NCBI GenBank assembly: GCA_038858525.1
Contig: JAWCFL010000011.1
Coordinates: 25,284 to 57,283, forward strand
DNA from: Candidatus Jordarchaeales archaeon
GTDB taxonomy: Archaea > Asgardarchaeota > Jordiarchaeia > Jordiarchaeales > Freyrarchaeaceae
Direction of reading: 5' to 3'
DNA: 32,000 bases
Part shown: piece after piece, positions 9,032-18,800 of the stretch
How positions within the stretch are numbered: the stretch's first letter is position 1
Layout: each line of letters begins with the position of its first letter
The notes under the pieces: model-generated
The model's database searches: none
The model's input: only the letters and a program-made list of their open reading frames with translations
What the model was told of the DNA's origin: nothing
Translations under genes and position numbers: made by a program

Positions 9032-10586
9032 CATTAAAAAACTGCTGGAAAGAGCTGAGGAAGATTATGAAGCGGCTTGGGTTGAGTCGCGTGAGCTCCT
9101 CAAACTAGAGGGGAGATACTTCAGACTTAAGCCTCTTGGAAGAAGCAACGAAATAATGAATTTCATAGAAGAAGTGAGAAAAACGCTAGTAGAAATGGGC
9201 TTCGAGGAAGTGGTCTTGCCGGTGATCGTTGACGAGAGCGAGGTGCGTAAGGAATATGGCCCAGAGGCTACTATAATTCTGGATAGAGTGTTCTACCTGG
9301 CGGGGTTACCTAGACCCGATGTGGGGCTAAGCAAAGAGGATGCCGAGCGTATTAAGGAGCTGGTCCCATCGTTTAACGAATTCGAGAAGCTACGGGAGAT
9401 TCTCAGAAAGTATAAAAAGAGAAAGATAGAAGCAGACGATTTAGTTGAAACAATGGTTAACGAATTGTCGTTGCAAGAAGAGGACGCGACGAGAATAATA
9501 GACACCGTTTTCCATGCGTTCAAGAACCTTACCCCTGTCCCGTCGCCTCTTACTCTTAGGTCACACATGACGGCACTATGGTTTCCGGTTCTTAGCGCGA
9601 TTTACAAGTATAAGTGGAAAGAGTTACCAGTTCAACTTTTCACCGTTGGACAAAAATTTAGAAGAGAGCAGAAAATTGATCCAACACACCTTTACAGCTC
9701 GTACACTGCATCGTTCGTGATAATGACCGAAGAAATAAGTTTGGAGGATGGTAAGAGTATTGTTCAAGAATTTCTTGGGAGACTAGGGTTCTCGAAGGCG
9801 GAGTTTAGACTTAAGAAGGCGACTTCGAAGTATTATGCTCCCCAAACAGAGTTCGAGGTCTTCATACAGCATCCGGAAACTAGTGAGTGGATAGAAGTTG
9901 GAGACTGCGGTTTTTACTCTCCCGTCAGCCTTGCAAAATATGACATAGACGTTCCCGTATTTAACGCAGGTTTCGGCATTGAAAGGTTTGTCATGATAAG
10001 AACTGGAGAAACTGATGTGCGGCGGCTAACGTACCCCTACTTCTACAGACGTGACATCTACTCCGACGAAGAAATAGCTGAGGGGATATGCTACGCGGAG
10101 AAGCCAGAGACAGAGCTTGGAGAGGAAATAATGAACTCGATAATTAGCGTAGCTGAGGAGCACATGCATGCTGACGCACCCTGCAAGTTCACCGCTTGGA
10201 AAGGTAAAATTGATAGAGGAGAACTAACCGTGACTGTTTTCGAGGAGGAAAAGGGAGTTAAACTACTCGGCCCGGCGGCACTAAATGTAATATGCATTCA
10301 CGAAGGGAACATTTTAGGTCTTCCGCCATCCGAGGTGAGGGGAACCGTAACTAAGTTAAGGTACCTGGATGGTGTAGCAGCACTTTTCGCCAGAAAAGTC
10401 GAAAAAGAAATTTTAGAGGAAGGAAAGCGTGAGGTTAGTATGAAAGTGAGAATGGCGAAGAAGCCTTCGGATGTTAATATATACTTGAGTGAACAGGTTA
10501 GGCGCTACATTTCCTCAAAAAACAAGAGGATAGACATTAGAGGGCCTGTATTCATAAGCTTAGCGGCTTCACTAAATGACTCATAA
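9021..10586 (+). CDS. sepS: O-phosphoserine--tRNA(Cys) ligase (SepRS)
   Basis: MRFNIKKLLERAEEDYEAAW start, class II motifs including GQKFRREQKIDPTHLYSSYTASFVIM, NAGFGIERFVMI, YPYFYRRDIYSD. Confidence 0.95.
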   Translation: MRFNIKKLLERAEEDYEAAWVESRELLKLEGRYFRLKPLGRSNEIMNFIEEVRKTLVEMGFEEVVLPVIVDESEVRKEYGPEATIILDRVFYLAGLPRPDVGLSKEDAERIKELVPSFNEFEKLREILRKYKKRKIEADDLVETMVNELSLQEEDATRIIDTVFHAFKNLTPVPSPLTLRSHMTALWFPVLSAIYKYKWKELPVQLFTVGQKFRREQKIDPTHLYSSYTASFVIMTEEISLEDGKSIVQEFLGRLGFSKAEFRLKKATSKYYAPQTEFEVFIQHPETSEWIEVGDCGFYSPVSLAKYDIDVPVFNAGFGIERFVMIRTGETDVRRLTYPYFYRRDIYSDEEIAEGICYAEKPETELGEEIMNSIISVAEEHMHADAPCKFTAWKGKIDRGELTVTVFEEEKGVKLLGPAALNVICIHEGNILGLPPSEVRGTVTKLRYLDGVAALFARKVEKEILEEGKREVSMKVRMAKKPSDVNIYLSEQVRRYISSKNKRIDIRGPVFISLAASLNDS

Positions 10587-10597
10587 GGTGACCAGTT

Positions 10598-11269
10598 TTG
10601 AATGAGGAATTATGGTTTACACTGTACGAGATAGCATTAGTAGGGGGATGCGAAGGAGGAATTGATATTTCGTCAACGCGTCTTGCAGACCGGCTTGGGG
10701 TTAGCCAGCAGACCGCCGCAAGAAGGCTCCAAGACTTAGAGAAAGAGGGACTCATAGTCAGAGAGATAACGGCTAAGGGGCAAAACATCAAGATAACTAA
10801 GGAGGGAGTAAGAAGGCTTTGGGAAGTTTATGTTGGACTTAAAAGAGTTTTTGAGGAGAAGCCTCAAACAATCAAGGTGAAGGGAGAAGTCTTCAGCGGC
10901 ATGGGAGAAGGAAGATACTATGTGTCCATTGACGGATATAGGAAGCGTTTTGAAGAAAAGTTGGGATTCACGCCTTACCCGGGAACATTAAACTTAAAGT
11001 TGAAGTCGTATCACGATGTGCAAACGAGAAGACTTCTGGAAGCTTACCCGGGGATCATCATAGAGGAGTTCGAAGAAGGAGGACGTACCTTCGGCAGAGT
11101 GAAGTGTTTCAGGGCTCTAATCGAAGGTAAGATTGAAGGAAGCCTTTTGCTCATCAACAGGACACATTACGGAGATGATGTTGTAGAAATTATCTCCCCC
11201 GTATTCCTTAGGGAGGCGCTCAACTTGAAAGATGGAGAAAACGTAACAATATACGTAATCCTTGAGTAG
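10598..11269 (+). CDS. ribK: CTP-dependent riboflavin kinase with N-terminal winged helix
   Basis: wHTH LADRLGVSQQTAARRLQDLEKEGLI followed by DUF120-type GEGRYYVSIDGYRKRFEEKLGFTPYPGTLNLKL. Confidence 0.93.
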   Translation: MNEELWFTLYEIALVGGCEGGIDISSTRLADRLGVSQQTAARRLQDLEKEGLIVREITAKGQNIKITKEGVRRLWEVYVGLKRVFEEKPQTIKVKGEVFSGMGEGRYYVSIDGYRKRFEEKLGFTPYPGTLNLKLKSYHDVQTRRLLEAYPGIIIEEFEEGGRTFGRVKCFRALIEGKIEGSLLLINRTHYGDDVVEIISPVFLREALNLKDGENVTIYVILE

Positions 11270-11286
11270 TTGCTGGAGGAAGGGCT

Positions 11287-11769
11287 ATGAGAAAGGTGAT
11301 GGTCTTCGGAACATTTGATATACTACACGCTGGCCACTTAAAATTCCTAGAAGAAGCGAAGAAGCTTGGAGGCAAGGATGCGAAGCTTATTGCAGTAATA
11401 GCGAGAGATTCTACCGTGCAAAAAGTAAGAGGGCGCCCTCCAATATTCAGCGAAGAAGATAGAAGGAAATTGATAGAGGGACTAAAGCCGGTTGACGAAG
11501 CTATTCTAGGATATGAAGGCGGCGACATGCTTAAAATAGTTGAGGAGAAGAAGCCTGACGTTATAGTGCTCGGATATGACCAAAGAAAAGACATGGATCA
11601 ATTCATTGATGAGTTAAGAAGTAGAGGGATCAATGCTGAAGTCTATCGGCTCCCGAAGTACGGAGAATTGAACAGCTCAAGTATAATAGTCAAAAAAATA
11701 GTTGAAATGGCTAATAAGTGGGGGATTAGTGGGAGAGAGTTAGAGAGGCGGGAGCGGAGCGGCCGCTAG
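11287..11769 (+). CDS. ribL: Archaeal FAD synthase (nucleotidyltransferase)
   Basis: MVFGTFDILHAGHLKFLEEAKKLG, VRGRPPIFSEEDRRKLIE, IVLGYDQRKD. Confidence 0.92.
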   Translation: MRKVMVFGTFDILHAGHLKFLEEAKKLGGKDAKLIAVIARDSTVQKVRGRPPIFSEEDRRKLIEGLKPVDEAILGYEGGDMLKIVEEKKPDVIVLGYDQRKDMDQFIDELRSRGINAEVYRLPKYGELNSSSIIVKKIVEMANKWGISGRELERRERSGR

Positions 11770-12531
11770 GAGGCGAAGCGCCTCTATCTCTTTAAAGTGA
11801 AGAGACCCAGTAACGATTAAGATGTGAGGAGGAGACCCAAAATCGTAGTATAAAAGGTTGCGAGGGTAATCTGCTTTAACGGTTGGGTTCTCGGACCCCG
11901 CTCGCGCCACGCCAACCATTAGGGTCTTTTCCAGGAGGGGGGATTGAGAGGATAACTTATGCTCTAGTTCTAGCAATATTGCTACTCCTTCGTTGACCGT
12001 CATGAAACGTTTTTCCTCAGCTCGGACGTCAAGGAAAACCAAGGTGTGTAATCCGCGCTCTATGTTCTCTCGAACAACTAGATATGGCGTCTCGGGAAAG
12101 TAATTCTCTTCCGGGAAGGGTATTGTTACAGATCTGCCAAACTTATAGTTTTCCAATCCGCAAATGCTTGGGGCAGCTGAATAAATGGATACGCCATGAA
12201 TAACACGCGTTTTCACTCCAAGCTTTTCAGCTTCCAGCCTGAGCGCGACATGCGTCGTAGCCACCATAGGGTCTCCTGGAACAAGAATCGCCACACGCTT
12301 ATCTCTTGCGCGAGAAAGTATTTCTTCCACATTCTCCTCAACATCTTTTCTGGTGAGAGCGCGGACATTCTTACCGATCAAGGCTTCTAAGTTATCCTTT
12401 GTTAAGCCTCCCATAACGCTTGTGTAAGCTTCAAAGTATACTTCATCTGCAGAACGGGCGGCATTTAGCCCCTTAAGAGTTATGTCATCGATACCCCACA
12501 AGCCTAAGCCAATGAAGATGAGTTCCCCCAA
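11740..12531 (-). CDS. dphB: Diphthine synthase
   Basis: LIFIGLGLWGIDDITLKGLNAARSADEVYFEAYTS, LVPGDPMVATTHV, FLDVRAEEKRFMTVNE. Confidence 0.95.
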   Translation of the reverse strand: MGELIFIGLGLWGIDDITLKGLNAARSADEVYFEAYTSVMGGLTKDNLEALIGKNVRALTRKDVEENVEEILSRARDKRVAILVPGDPMVATTHVALRLEAEKLGVKTRVIHGVSIYSAAPSICGLENYKFGRSVTIPFPEENYFPETPYLVVRENIERGLHTLVFLDVRAEEKRFMTVNEGVAILLELEHKLSSQSPLLEKTLMVGVARAGSENPTVKADYPRNLLYYDFGSPPHILIVTGSLHFKEIEALRLLAAAPLPPL

Positions 12532-12546
12532 AAGAAAACCTCCAAC

Positions 12547-13617
12547 TTAAAGCTCGCGTTTTATTTCGTTCGGCTTGAAAATGCCTTTCTCGGTAACCAT
12601 GAAGGTGACGTATTTTGAGGGAGTTAAGTCGAATGAAGGGTTCCTGGCATTAACGTTCGGGTGTATTTTAATGTGAGTGATTGTTCCTAACTCTGGATTG
12701 TATCCTTTCACGTGCGTGATTTCCTCTGATGAGCGCTCCTCAACTTTTACAGATGAACTCGAAGAGGCGAAAGTTGTAGTAGGCGCTGCGACTATGAACG
12801 GAACACCATTCTCATACGCCGTAACCGCGAGCATGTACGTTCCTATTTTGTTTACCACGTCTCCGTTTGGAAGTATTCTGTCTGCTCCAACTAAGACAGC
12901 GTCAACCTCCCTTCTCTGGAGATAATATCCTGCAGCTGAGTCAACTATAAGGCAGTGGGGTATTCCTTCTTGGGTTAGCTCCCAACTAGTAAGCCTACCC
13001 TGTAGCCAAGGGCGAGTTTCCGTCGCGTAAACAAAGATGTTTTTTCCCTGAGCGTGGGCAAATCGAACTATGCTTAGCGCGGTTCCGTAGTCTACTGTTC
13101 CAAGCGCGCCTGGGTTGCAATGAACCATGACCTTAGCATTTTTAGGTATTAGGCTACTTCCCAGCTCGCCTATCCTTCTGCAAGCTTCAAGGTTCTCTTG
13201 GGCTATTTTTCTCGCCTCACAAAGGGCTGCTTGAGCGACTTCATCGGAGGAGTTTAAATCTTCGCACATTCCTAAGACGCGGGTAACCATGTTTTGCATG
13301 TCTACAGCTGTAGGCCTCGTGGAAAGAAGGTGGGCGGCAACCTTGCTAAGAAAAGCTTTCAGCTCCTTTGAAGGGAGATGACGATTTTGAAGAGCTGCTT
13401 GAGCTAGCCCATAACATGCGGCTACCCCTATGGCTGGCGCTCCTCTAACCTTCATCATCCTTATGGCCTCGGCGACTTCCTCCACGTTCTTTGCCCTATA
13501 AATTGAAAACTCGAACGGGAGCTTTGTCTGATCGATCATGCAAACAACGTCCTCCTCCATCCATACGGTTTGGTACTCCCTTACCTCACTACCGATTCTG
13601 ACTTTCATAGCAACCAT
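12547..13617 (-). CDS. mtnA: S-methyl-5-thioribose-1-phosphate isomerase / eIF-2B alpha-like family
   Basis: MKVRGAPAIGVAACYGLAQAAL, CNPGALGTVDYGTAL, ETRPWLQGRLTSWEL, VGADRILPNGDVVNKIGTYMLA. Confidence 0.88.
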   Translation of the reverse strand: MVAMKVRIGSEVREYQTVWMEEDVVCMIDQTKLPFEFSIYRAKNVEEVAEAIRMMKVRGAPAIGVAACYGLAQAALQNRHLPSKELKAFLSKVAAHLLSTRPTAVDMQNMVTRVLGMCEDLNSSDEVAQAALCEARKIAQENLEACRRIGELGSSLIPKNAKVMVHCNPGALGTVDYGTALSIVRFAHAQGKNIFVYATETRPWLQGRLTSWELTQEGIPHCLIVDSAAGYYLQRREVDAVLVGADRILPNGDVVNKIGTYMLAVTAYENGVPFIVAAPTTTFASSSSSVKVEERSSEEITHVKGYNPELGTITHIKIHPNVNARNPSFDLTPSKYVTFMVTEKGIFKPNEIKREL

Positions 13618-13708
13618 CTCGCAGGGGGGACGTTTTAGCAGATACTAAAAAATCCACGCTCTAATTTTTAACTCTACGACCACCCCCTAAAATGAAAGGG
13701 TAGGGAAG

Positions 13709-14335
13709 TCACTTTTTATATGCAGAAATTAAATCGATCTTTGTAATGATTCCTACTATTTCTCCCTTGTCCACAACTAGAACAGCGGGGTTCCCGCATA
13801 TTATTAAGTGACGGACTACGTCTATACTGGTAGACGGGTTCACTGTGGGAAAGCTTTCCTCCATAAGGTCTCCAACAGTTTTATCAAAAACGTCCTTCCC
13901 CTCCGAGAGACGCTTCATTATGGTGCCCTCACTTAGGCTACCAACCAAGCGCCCTTCATCCACAACTGGTAGTTGCGATATGCCTTTTTTCTCCATGAGA
14001 CTAATAGCCTTCCTAACTGGTTCCTTAGTAGATACAGATATGACCGGGGAGAACATTATGTCCTTGGCGCAGATTTTACTCCTGTCAAACTCGCCCAGCG
14101 CGTTAATTATCTTTCTAAGCGTTGAGAGACGTGGGTCTACCGAGCCAGATTCGATCCTAGCGATTAACGACTGGCTTACGCCAGCCATCCGTGCCAGTTC
14201 CTCCTGCGTAATACCTAGGCGCTTCCTCGCTTGTTTAAGATCTTCTGGTGAAGGAAGGTAGAACATCAACATCACCTTAAAGAAGAGAAAAAAGGTCCTT
14301 CTTGAAGCATTATCACTTATAATTGAGGAAAACAT
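13709..14335 (-). CDS. XRE-family HTH regulator with tandem CBS domains
   Basis: ARKRLGITQEELARMAGVSQSLIARIESG HTH plus paired CBS repeats (GISQLPVVDEGRLVGSLSE; GNPAVLVVDKGEIVGIITKIDL). Confidence 0.9.
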   Translation of the reverse strand: MFSSIISDNASRRTFFLFFKVMLMFYLPSPEDLKQARKRLGITQEELARMAGVSQSLIARIESGSVDPRLSTLRKIINALGEFDRSKICAKDIMFSPVISVSTKEPVRKAISLMEKKGISQLPVVDEGRLVGSLSEGTIMKRLSEGKDVFDKTVGDLMEESFPTVNPSTSIDVVRHLIICGNPAVLVVDKGEIVGIITKIDLISAYKK

Positions 14336-14445
14336 TACTTTTAATTTTTCTACGGGTCTGTTTGTTTTCTAAACTAGAAGGAAATTTATAGGGGCAAGTG
14401 GGTCGTTAAATGTGGATGACGCAAAGTTCCTAGAAGGGTTATGCT

Positions 14446-16761
14446 GTGAAGAAAAGATGCGAAATACTGTGCAGCGGAGTAGTTCAAGGAGTCGGCATGC
14501 GGCCTTTCGTGTACCGGATAGCTGTCAAAAACAGCTTAACAGGCTACGTCCTCAACTTGGGGGATGCCGGAGTAAAAATAGTCGTTGAAGGAGAAGAGGA
14601 AGACATTAAAAGGTTTATGATGGAGCTAAAGGAGAAAAAACCCCCACTGGCAAAGTTTGAGAAGATAAGGACGAAGTGGGGAAAGGCACGCGGAGAGTTC
14701 GATACGTTCACCATAGAGAAGAGTAGCAGTGACAGGATACTCGAAAGTTCCTACATACCTCCAGACGTGGCGATCTGCAATAACTGCATACAGGACATGT
14801 TGAACCCTAATGATAGGCATTACAAGTATGCGTTCACATGCTGCGCGGACTGCGGTCCAAGGTATACATCAATAATAGGTTTACCCTACGATAGAGAACT
14901 AACAACGATGCGAGACTTCCCTCTGTGCCCTCACTGCATGGAGGAATACATGAACCCTATGGATAGGAGATACCACGCTCAAGGAATATGCTGCCCTATC
15001 TGCGGCCCAAAACTCACACTCCACGCGAAAAACGGTGAGCTCATAGATTGCAACAACCCAATAGCGGAGGCAGCCAGATTAATAAATGAGGGGGCCATAG
15101 TGGCTGTGAAGGGTATAGGGGGAAGCCACCTAGCGGCGCTCACAACTGATGACGAATGCGTACTTAAACTAAGGCAGAGGAAAAGAGACAGGAAGTATAA
15201 GCCCTTCGCTGTCATGTCTCTGAGCCTCAACGAAGTAAGAAAGTATGCAGAAGTTAGTCAAAAAGAAGAGGAGGTTCTAACATCCTTCAGACGACCCATA
15301 GTGCTACTCAGGAAAAAAGAGGACTTTCCGCTTTCTAAGTGGATTAGCCCCGGACTACACAACATAGGTGTGATGCTGCCATACTCGGGACTGCACATAC
15401 TCTTGCTGCAAGAGGTCACAGACCCCGCTGTCATAATGACCAGCGGAAACGCGTCAGGAAAGCCCATAGCAGCAAGCAACGAGGAAATCATCACCCACCT
15501 TAGCGACTTAGCAGATTACTTCTTGCTCCACAACAGAGTGATATACCAGAGGTGTGACGACTCTGTTGTCAAGATAGTAAATGGAAAAACCAAGCTGATA
15601 CGCAGGTCAAGAGGCTATGTGCCAGAACCAATAGAGACGCCGATACCGTACAGGGGAAAAGGAATACTGGCAGTCGGACCAGAACTAACAGTAACAGTAA
15701 CCGTTATGAAGGGAAGTAGGTGCTATGCCAGTCAACACATAGGCGACGTCTCAGGCGACCTCGACATGATGGAGTTCCACGAAAGCGTCACGACACACCT
15801 GCTAAAACTTTTAAACGTAAATCCTGAAGCCTTGGCATGTGATCTGCACCCTCAATTCATGACGACCAAGATAGCAGAAGAATACGCTGAAAAATGGCAG
15901 GTCCCGCTGGTGAGGGTTCAGCACCATCATGCCCATGCGGCTGCACTAAAAGCGGAGCACAAATTGGATGAACCCATAGTCTGCATAGCGTGTGACGGCG
16001 TCGGCTACGGGCCAGATGGAACTATATGGGGTGGAGAAGTGCTACTCTCAGACTATGAGTCGAGCGAGAGACTCGGGCACCTTGCCCCCCAACTTATGCC
16101 CGGAGGAGACCAAGCCACTAAGTACCCAATAAGAATGGCGGCATCCATTCTCAGCCGTGTTTTGTCCGACAGTGAACTGAGGGATATTCTAACATCAAAA
16201 TACATTGACGGGTTTAAATACGGGGAAAAAGAGGTGGAAGTTGTCCTAAAGATGATAAGAGACGCTAAGGGGCCTCTCTCAACCAGTACAGGGCGCGTCT
16301 TAGACGCTATAGCAGCCCTGCTAGGAATATGCATGGAGAAAACATATCAAGGAGAGCCAGCGATGAGGCTTGAGGCAGCGGCGGCAAAAGGCAAACCAAC
16401 CCTGAAAATAGAGCCCAAAATAAGTCGCTCAGACGGACGATACGTACTTGACACGTCCCAAATACTTTCTGAAGTGCTACAGGCGTTAGGAAAACATAGA
16501 GTAGAGGACTTAGCGGCATCCGCCCAGCACGCTATAGCAATAGGATTAGCGGACATCGCCGTGAACGTGGCACAAGAGGAAAATGTGAGAACCGTTGGGT
16601 TTACAGGAGGCGTAGCATACAACGAAGCCATAACAAAAACCATAAGAAAGCACGTCGAAAAAAACGGGCTAGTTTTTATACAGCACTCAGTTATACCTCC
16701 AGGCGACGCTGGAGTGAGCATAGGGCAAGCGATAGTGGCGGCGTGCAGATTATTAGGTTAG
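14446..16761 (+). CDS. hypF: [NiFe]-hydrogenase maturation carbamoyltransferase HypF
   Basis: Acylphosphatase domain GVVQGVGMRPFVYRIA, zinc fingers CNNCIQDM..CCADCGPR and CPHCMEEY..CCPICGP, YrdC domain, HHHAHAAAL. Confidence 0.95.
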   Translation: MKKRCEILCSGVVQGVGMRPFVYRIAVKNSLTGYVLNLGDAGVKIVVEGEEEDIKRFMMELKEKKPPLAKFEKIRTKWGKARGEFDTFTIEKSSSDRILESSYIPPDVAICNNCIQDMLNPNDRHYKYAFTCCADCGPRYTSIIGLPYDRELTTMRDFPLCPHCMEEYMNPMDRRYHAQGICCPICGPKLTLHAKNGELIDCNNPIAEAARLINEGAIVAVKGIGGSHLAALTTDDECVLKLRQRKRDRKYKPFAVMSLSLNEVRKYAEVSQKEEEVLTSFRRPIVLLRKKEDFPLSKWISPGLHNIGVMLPYSGLHILLLQEVTDPAVIMTSGNASGKPIAASNEEIITHLSDLADYFLLHNRVIYQRCDDSVVKIVNGKTKLIRRSRGYVPEPIETPIPYRGKGILAVGPELTVTVTVMKGSRCYASQHIGDVSGDLDMMEFHESVTTHLLKLLNVNPEALACDLHPQFMTTKIAEEYAEKWQVPLVRVQHHHAHAAALKAEHKLDEPIVCIACDGVGYGPDGTIWGGEVLLSDYESSERLGHLAPQLMPGGDQATKYPIRMAASILSRVLSDSELRDILTSKYIDGFKYGEKEVEVVLKMIRDAKGPLSTSTGRVLDAIAALLGICMEKTYQGEPAMRLEAAAAKGKPTLKIEPKISRSDGRYVLDTSQILSEVLQALGKHRVEDLAASAQHAIAIGLADIAVNVAQEENVRTVGFTGGVAYNEAITKTIRKHVEKNGLVFIQHSVIPPGDAGVSIGQAIVAACRLLG

Positions 16762-17267
16762 AAGTTGCCAGCAACCATAAACGGCTTAGCATACTCCTCA
16801 ACCAACTGAATTAACTGCTCCTCTAGCTTTTTAAGATGGGGACTTGATTCCCCATAATCCAACCTCAACCTTTCGCGATAACTCGATATGAGGCTTGAAA
16901 GCTCAATGTAAGGCGCCAAGTTTGGAGTGTCCAGTAGCCCAACGTAACCTAGAAGGATTAACGTGTAAATTGACTTCACAACGTTCCTACAAGCCTGCTC
17001 GAGTACACGTCTAAAGGCGCCCTTTGTAACCCCGCGGGCAAGACGTGGCCTCCGCCCTCTCGCATTCCTAGAAGCTCTCAGGAGACCTTTGAGGGAATAC
17101 TGAACTCCTCTTCCAGCGCTTTCATCTAGAAGAAAATGGATGACCAGCGTTTCAAACTGTATACGGGTGAGGTTAGACGAAGAGAGAAGGCGAGAAACAA
17201 TAGAGTCGCCGAGGAGGCGACGCAGAAAATCCTCTAATTCGTTCAGTTCGACGTCTGCTCTGTCCAT
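16758..17267 (-). CDS. Hypothetical predominantly helical protein
   Basis: 169 aa ORF, 2 nt downstream of the preceding minus-strand gene, overlaps hypF stop by 4 nt; no recognised family. Confidence 0.65.
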   Translation of the reverse strand: MDRADVELNELEDFLRRLLGDSIVSRLLSSSNLTRIQFETLVIHFLLDESAGRGVQYSLKGLLRASRNARGRRPRLARGVTKGAFRRVLEQACRNVVKSIYTLILLGYVGLLDTPNLAPYIELSSLISSYRERLRLDYGESSPHLKKLEEQLIQLVEEYAKPFMVAGNF

Positions 17268-17269
17268 CT

Positions 17270-17701
17270 TCAGCCACCTTCACTTTTCAATTTGCCAAGC
17301 GTAGTGTACTGCTCCTCTAGGAGCTGGAATAATCCAAGTTCCTTCAGCTCTAACTCATCAAAAACTGTTTTCATCTTCTCCAGTATGGCAAGCCTGCAGA
17401 ATACTGTTGCTCCACGCTCCCCAAACTTTTTCTTGAGCAGGGAGATGAAGCTACTAGGAAGCCTTACGTTGAAGTTTTGATCAAGCCGAGTCTTAGGGTC
17501 CTTCCTCACATAGACTATTTTCTCCACTACCTGGACGGGTAGAGGCGACGTGACCTTCTCATCCACCAGAGATAATGAGGCCGCTGGCTGAGGATGAGCC
17601 ACGGCACCTTCCTCATAGTTAAGAGGAGCAGGAGGCTGTGAGATTTGCCCATACTTTTCCTGCTCCTTGACTTTCTTCGCTATGTCAACCAGCCTCGTCA
17701 T
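17270..17701 (-). CDS. Hypothetical protein with possible ribbon-helix-helix-like C-terminal segment
   Basis: 143 aa; DQNFNVRLPSSFISLLKKKFGERGATVFCRLAILEKM resembles a beta-helix-helix DNA-binding unit. Confidence 0.6.
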   Translation of the reverse strand: MTRLVDIAKKVKEQEKYGQISQPPAPLNYEEGAVAHPQPAASLSLVDEKVTSPLPVQVVEKIVYVRKDPKTRLDQNFNVRLPSSFISLLKKKFGERGATVFCRLAILEKMKTVFDELELKELGLFQLLEEQYTTLGKLKSEGG

Positions 17702-17753
17702 CTTATATCACCCGCATCGATGCGCGACATCGATATCTGAAAGCGATATCAGA

Positions 17754-18800
17754 CTACTCTGGAACCTCCTCGATGCATGGTAAAGCATCCACAAGGGCTC
17801 CATCGATCACAGGGCTTCCTCCATCCTTGAACCTGTTAGCAGCAACGAACACTGCCTGGTTGCAAAGCATACGAAGGTCACGCCCCACACCCATAGACTT
17901 TCGTTTCAAAGCAGGAACCGCATCCTCGGTGAAGGGGTGTATTTCAAAAGAGGACTCGTCAAACTCCTTAAGGCGGCCGCTAGCCCAATAAAGCCTCCTG
18001 CCGATAAATTCCCTGACGCCGCGCTCATCCAATGGTTCAAGCTCGATCTCCCAACATCTATCATAGAGGTGAGGGACGCCTTCCTTGAGACCTATAGCAT
18101 GAGTCTTCGTTCCAGTCAAAACGAGCATGCATATCATCTGATCCTCGTCGCCCTCCTCCGCAGCCCGCTTAATCGCATTAATCTCCCCCTCGTCAAGCTT
18201 CATTTTTTTAAGCTTAAGGAACCGCTTGAATTCATCTTCTTCTTCAACTACGAACCGCTTGGCGTCCTTCAGCGTTAAGTCGCCGACCTCCTTGATCTTA
18301 ATAAAGACCTCAACGTCGTTCTCGCCGAAATCATCTATGAATATCAACGTAAGATATCCACTCAAAAGATATCGAAGCATGATATCATACTTGACCAGCA
18401 CGTAAATGTCTTCAGCATTGGCCGATCGAGAATATGGAACCCTAAGTTTCTTCGCCAAAACCTCAGCCATCTGCCTCACATACAGCTTACTCTGAGACAC
18501 CATCACGGGATAGAAACGATACTCAGGGTCACCCTGCCTAGAAAGCTCTAGAAGGTCCCCGTAAATCAGCTCGAGAAGCGTCGTTTTACCCATGCCGGGA
18601 AACTCGCTCGTTATCAGTATATGCCGCTCCCTAGCCTTAATGTAATCATCGATCTCAACTATTACATCATGAGGAGCCACGAACAGTTCAGGGTCGCTTA
18701 ACCTCACACTCGAAAACGGGTTCCACCTCCACCCGAAGAAGGAGTAGTATGCATTTCTAATCTCAGCCACCGAAGGGTAGAGACGCCCAACAGCACCCAT
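17754..18800 (-). CDS. AAA+ ATPase, ExeA/Orc-like architecture, with charged insertion
   Basis: YYSFFGWRWNPF N-terminal motif, Walker A SEFPGMGKTTLLE, Walker B LTLIFIDDF, sensor-1-like ICMLVLTGT. Start ATG 18800 (or GTG 18809) preferred; the ORF track start 18989 adds an unlikely hydrophobic leader. Confidence 0.8.
   Translation of the reverse strand: MGAVGRLYPSVAEIRNAYYSFFGWRWNPFSSVRLSDPELFVAPHDVIVEIDDYIKARERHILITSEFPGMGKTTLLELIYGDLLELSRQGDPEYRFYPVMVSQSKLYVRQMAEVLAKKLRVPYSRSANAEDIYVLVKYDIMLRYLLSGYLTLIFIDDFGENDVEVFIKIKEVGDLTLKDAKRFVVEEEDEFKRFLKLKKMKLDEGEINAIKRAAEEGDEDQMICMLVLTGTKTHAIGLKEGVPHLYDRCWEIELEPLDERGVREFIGRRLYWASGRLKEFDESSFEIHPFTEDAVPALKRKSMGVGRDLRMLCNQAVFVAANRFKDGGSPVIDGALVDALPCIEEVPE

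Noticed and set aside
16347-16721. 124 aa minus-strand ORF inside hypF
   Set aside because: Antisense shadow of conserved HypF C-terminal coding sequence; many similar antisense ORFs in the track (e.g. 4059-4454, 5557-6090, 10091-10297) rejected for the same reason.
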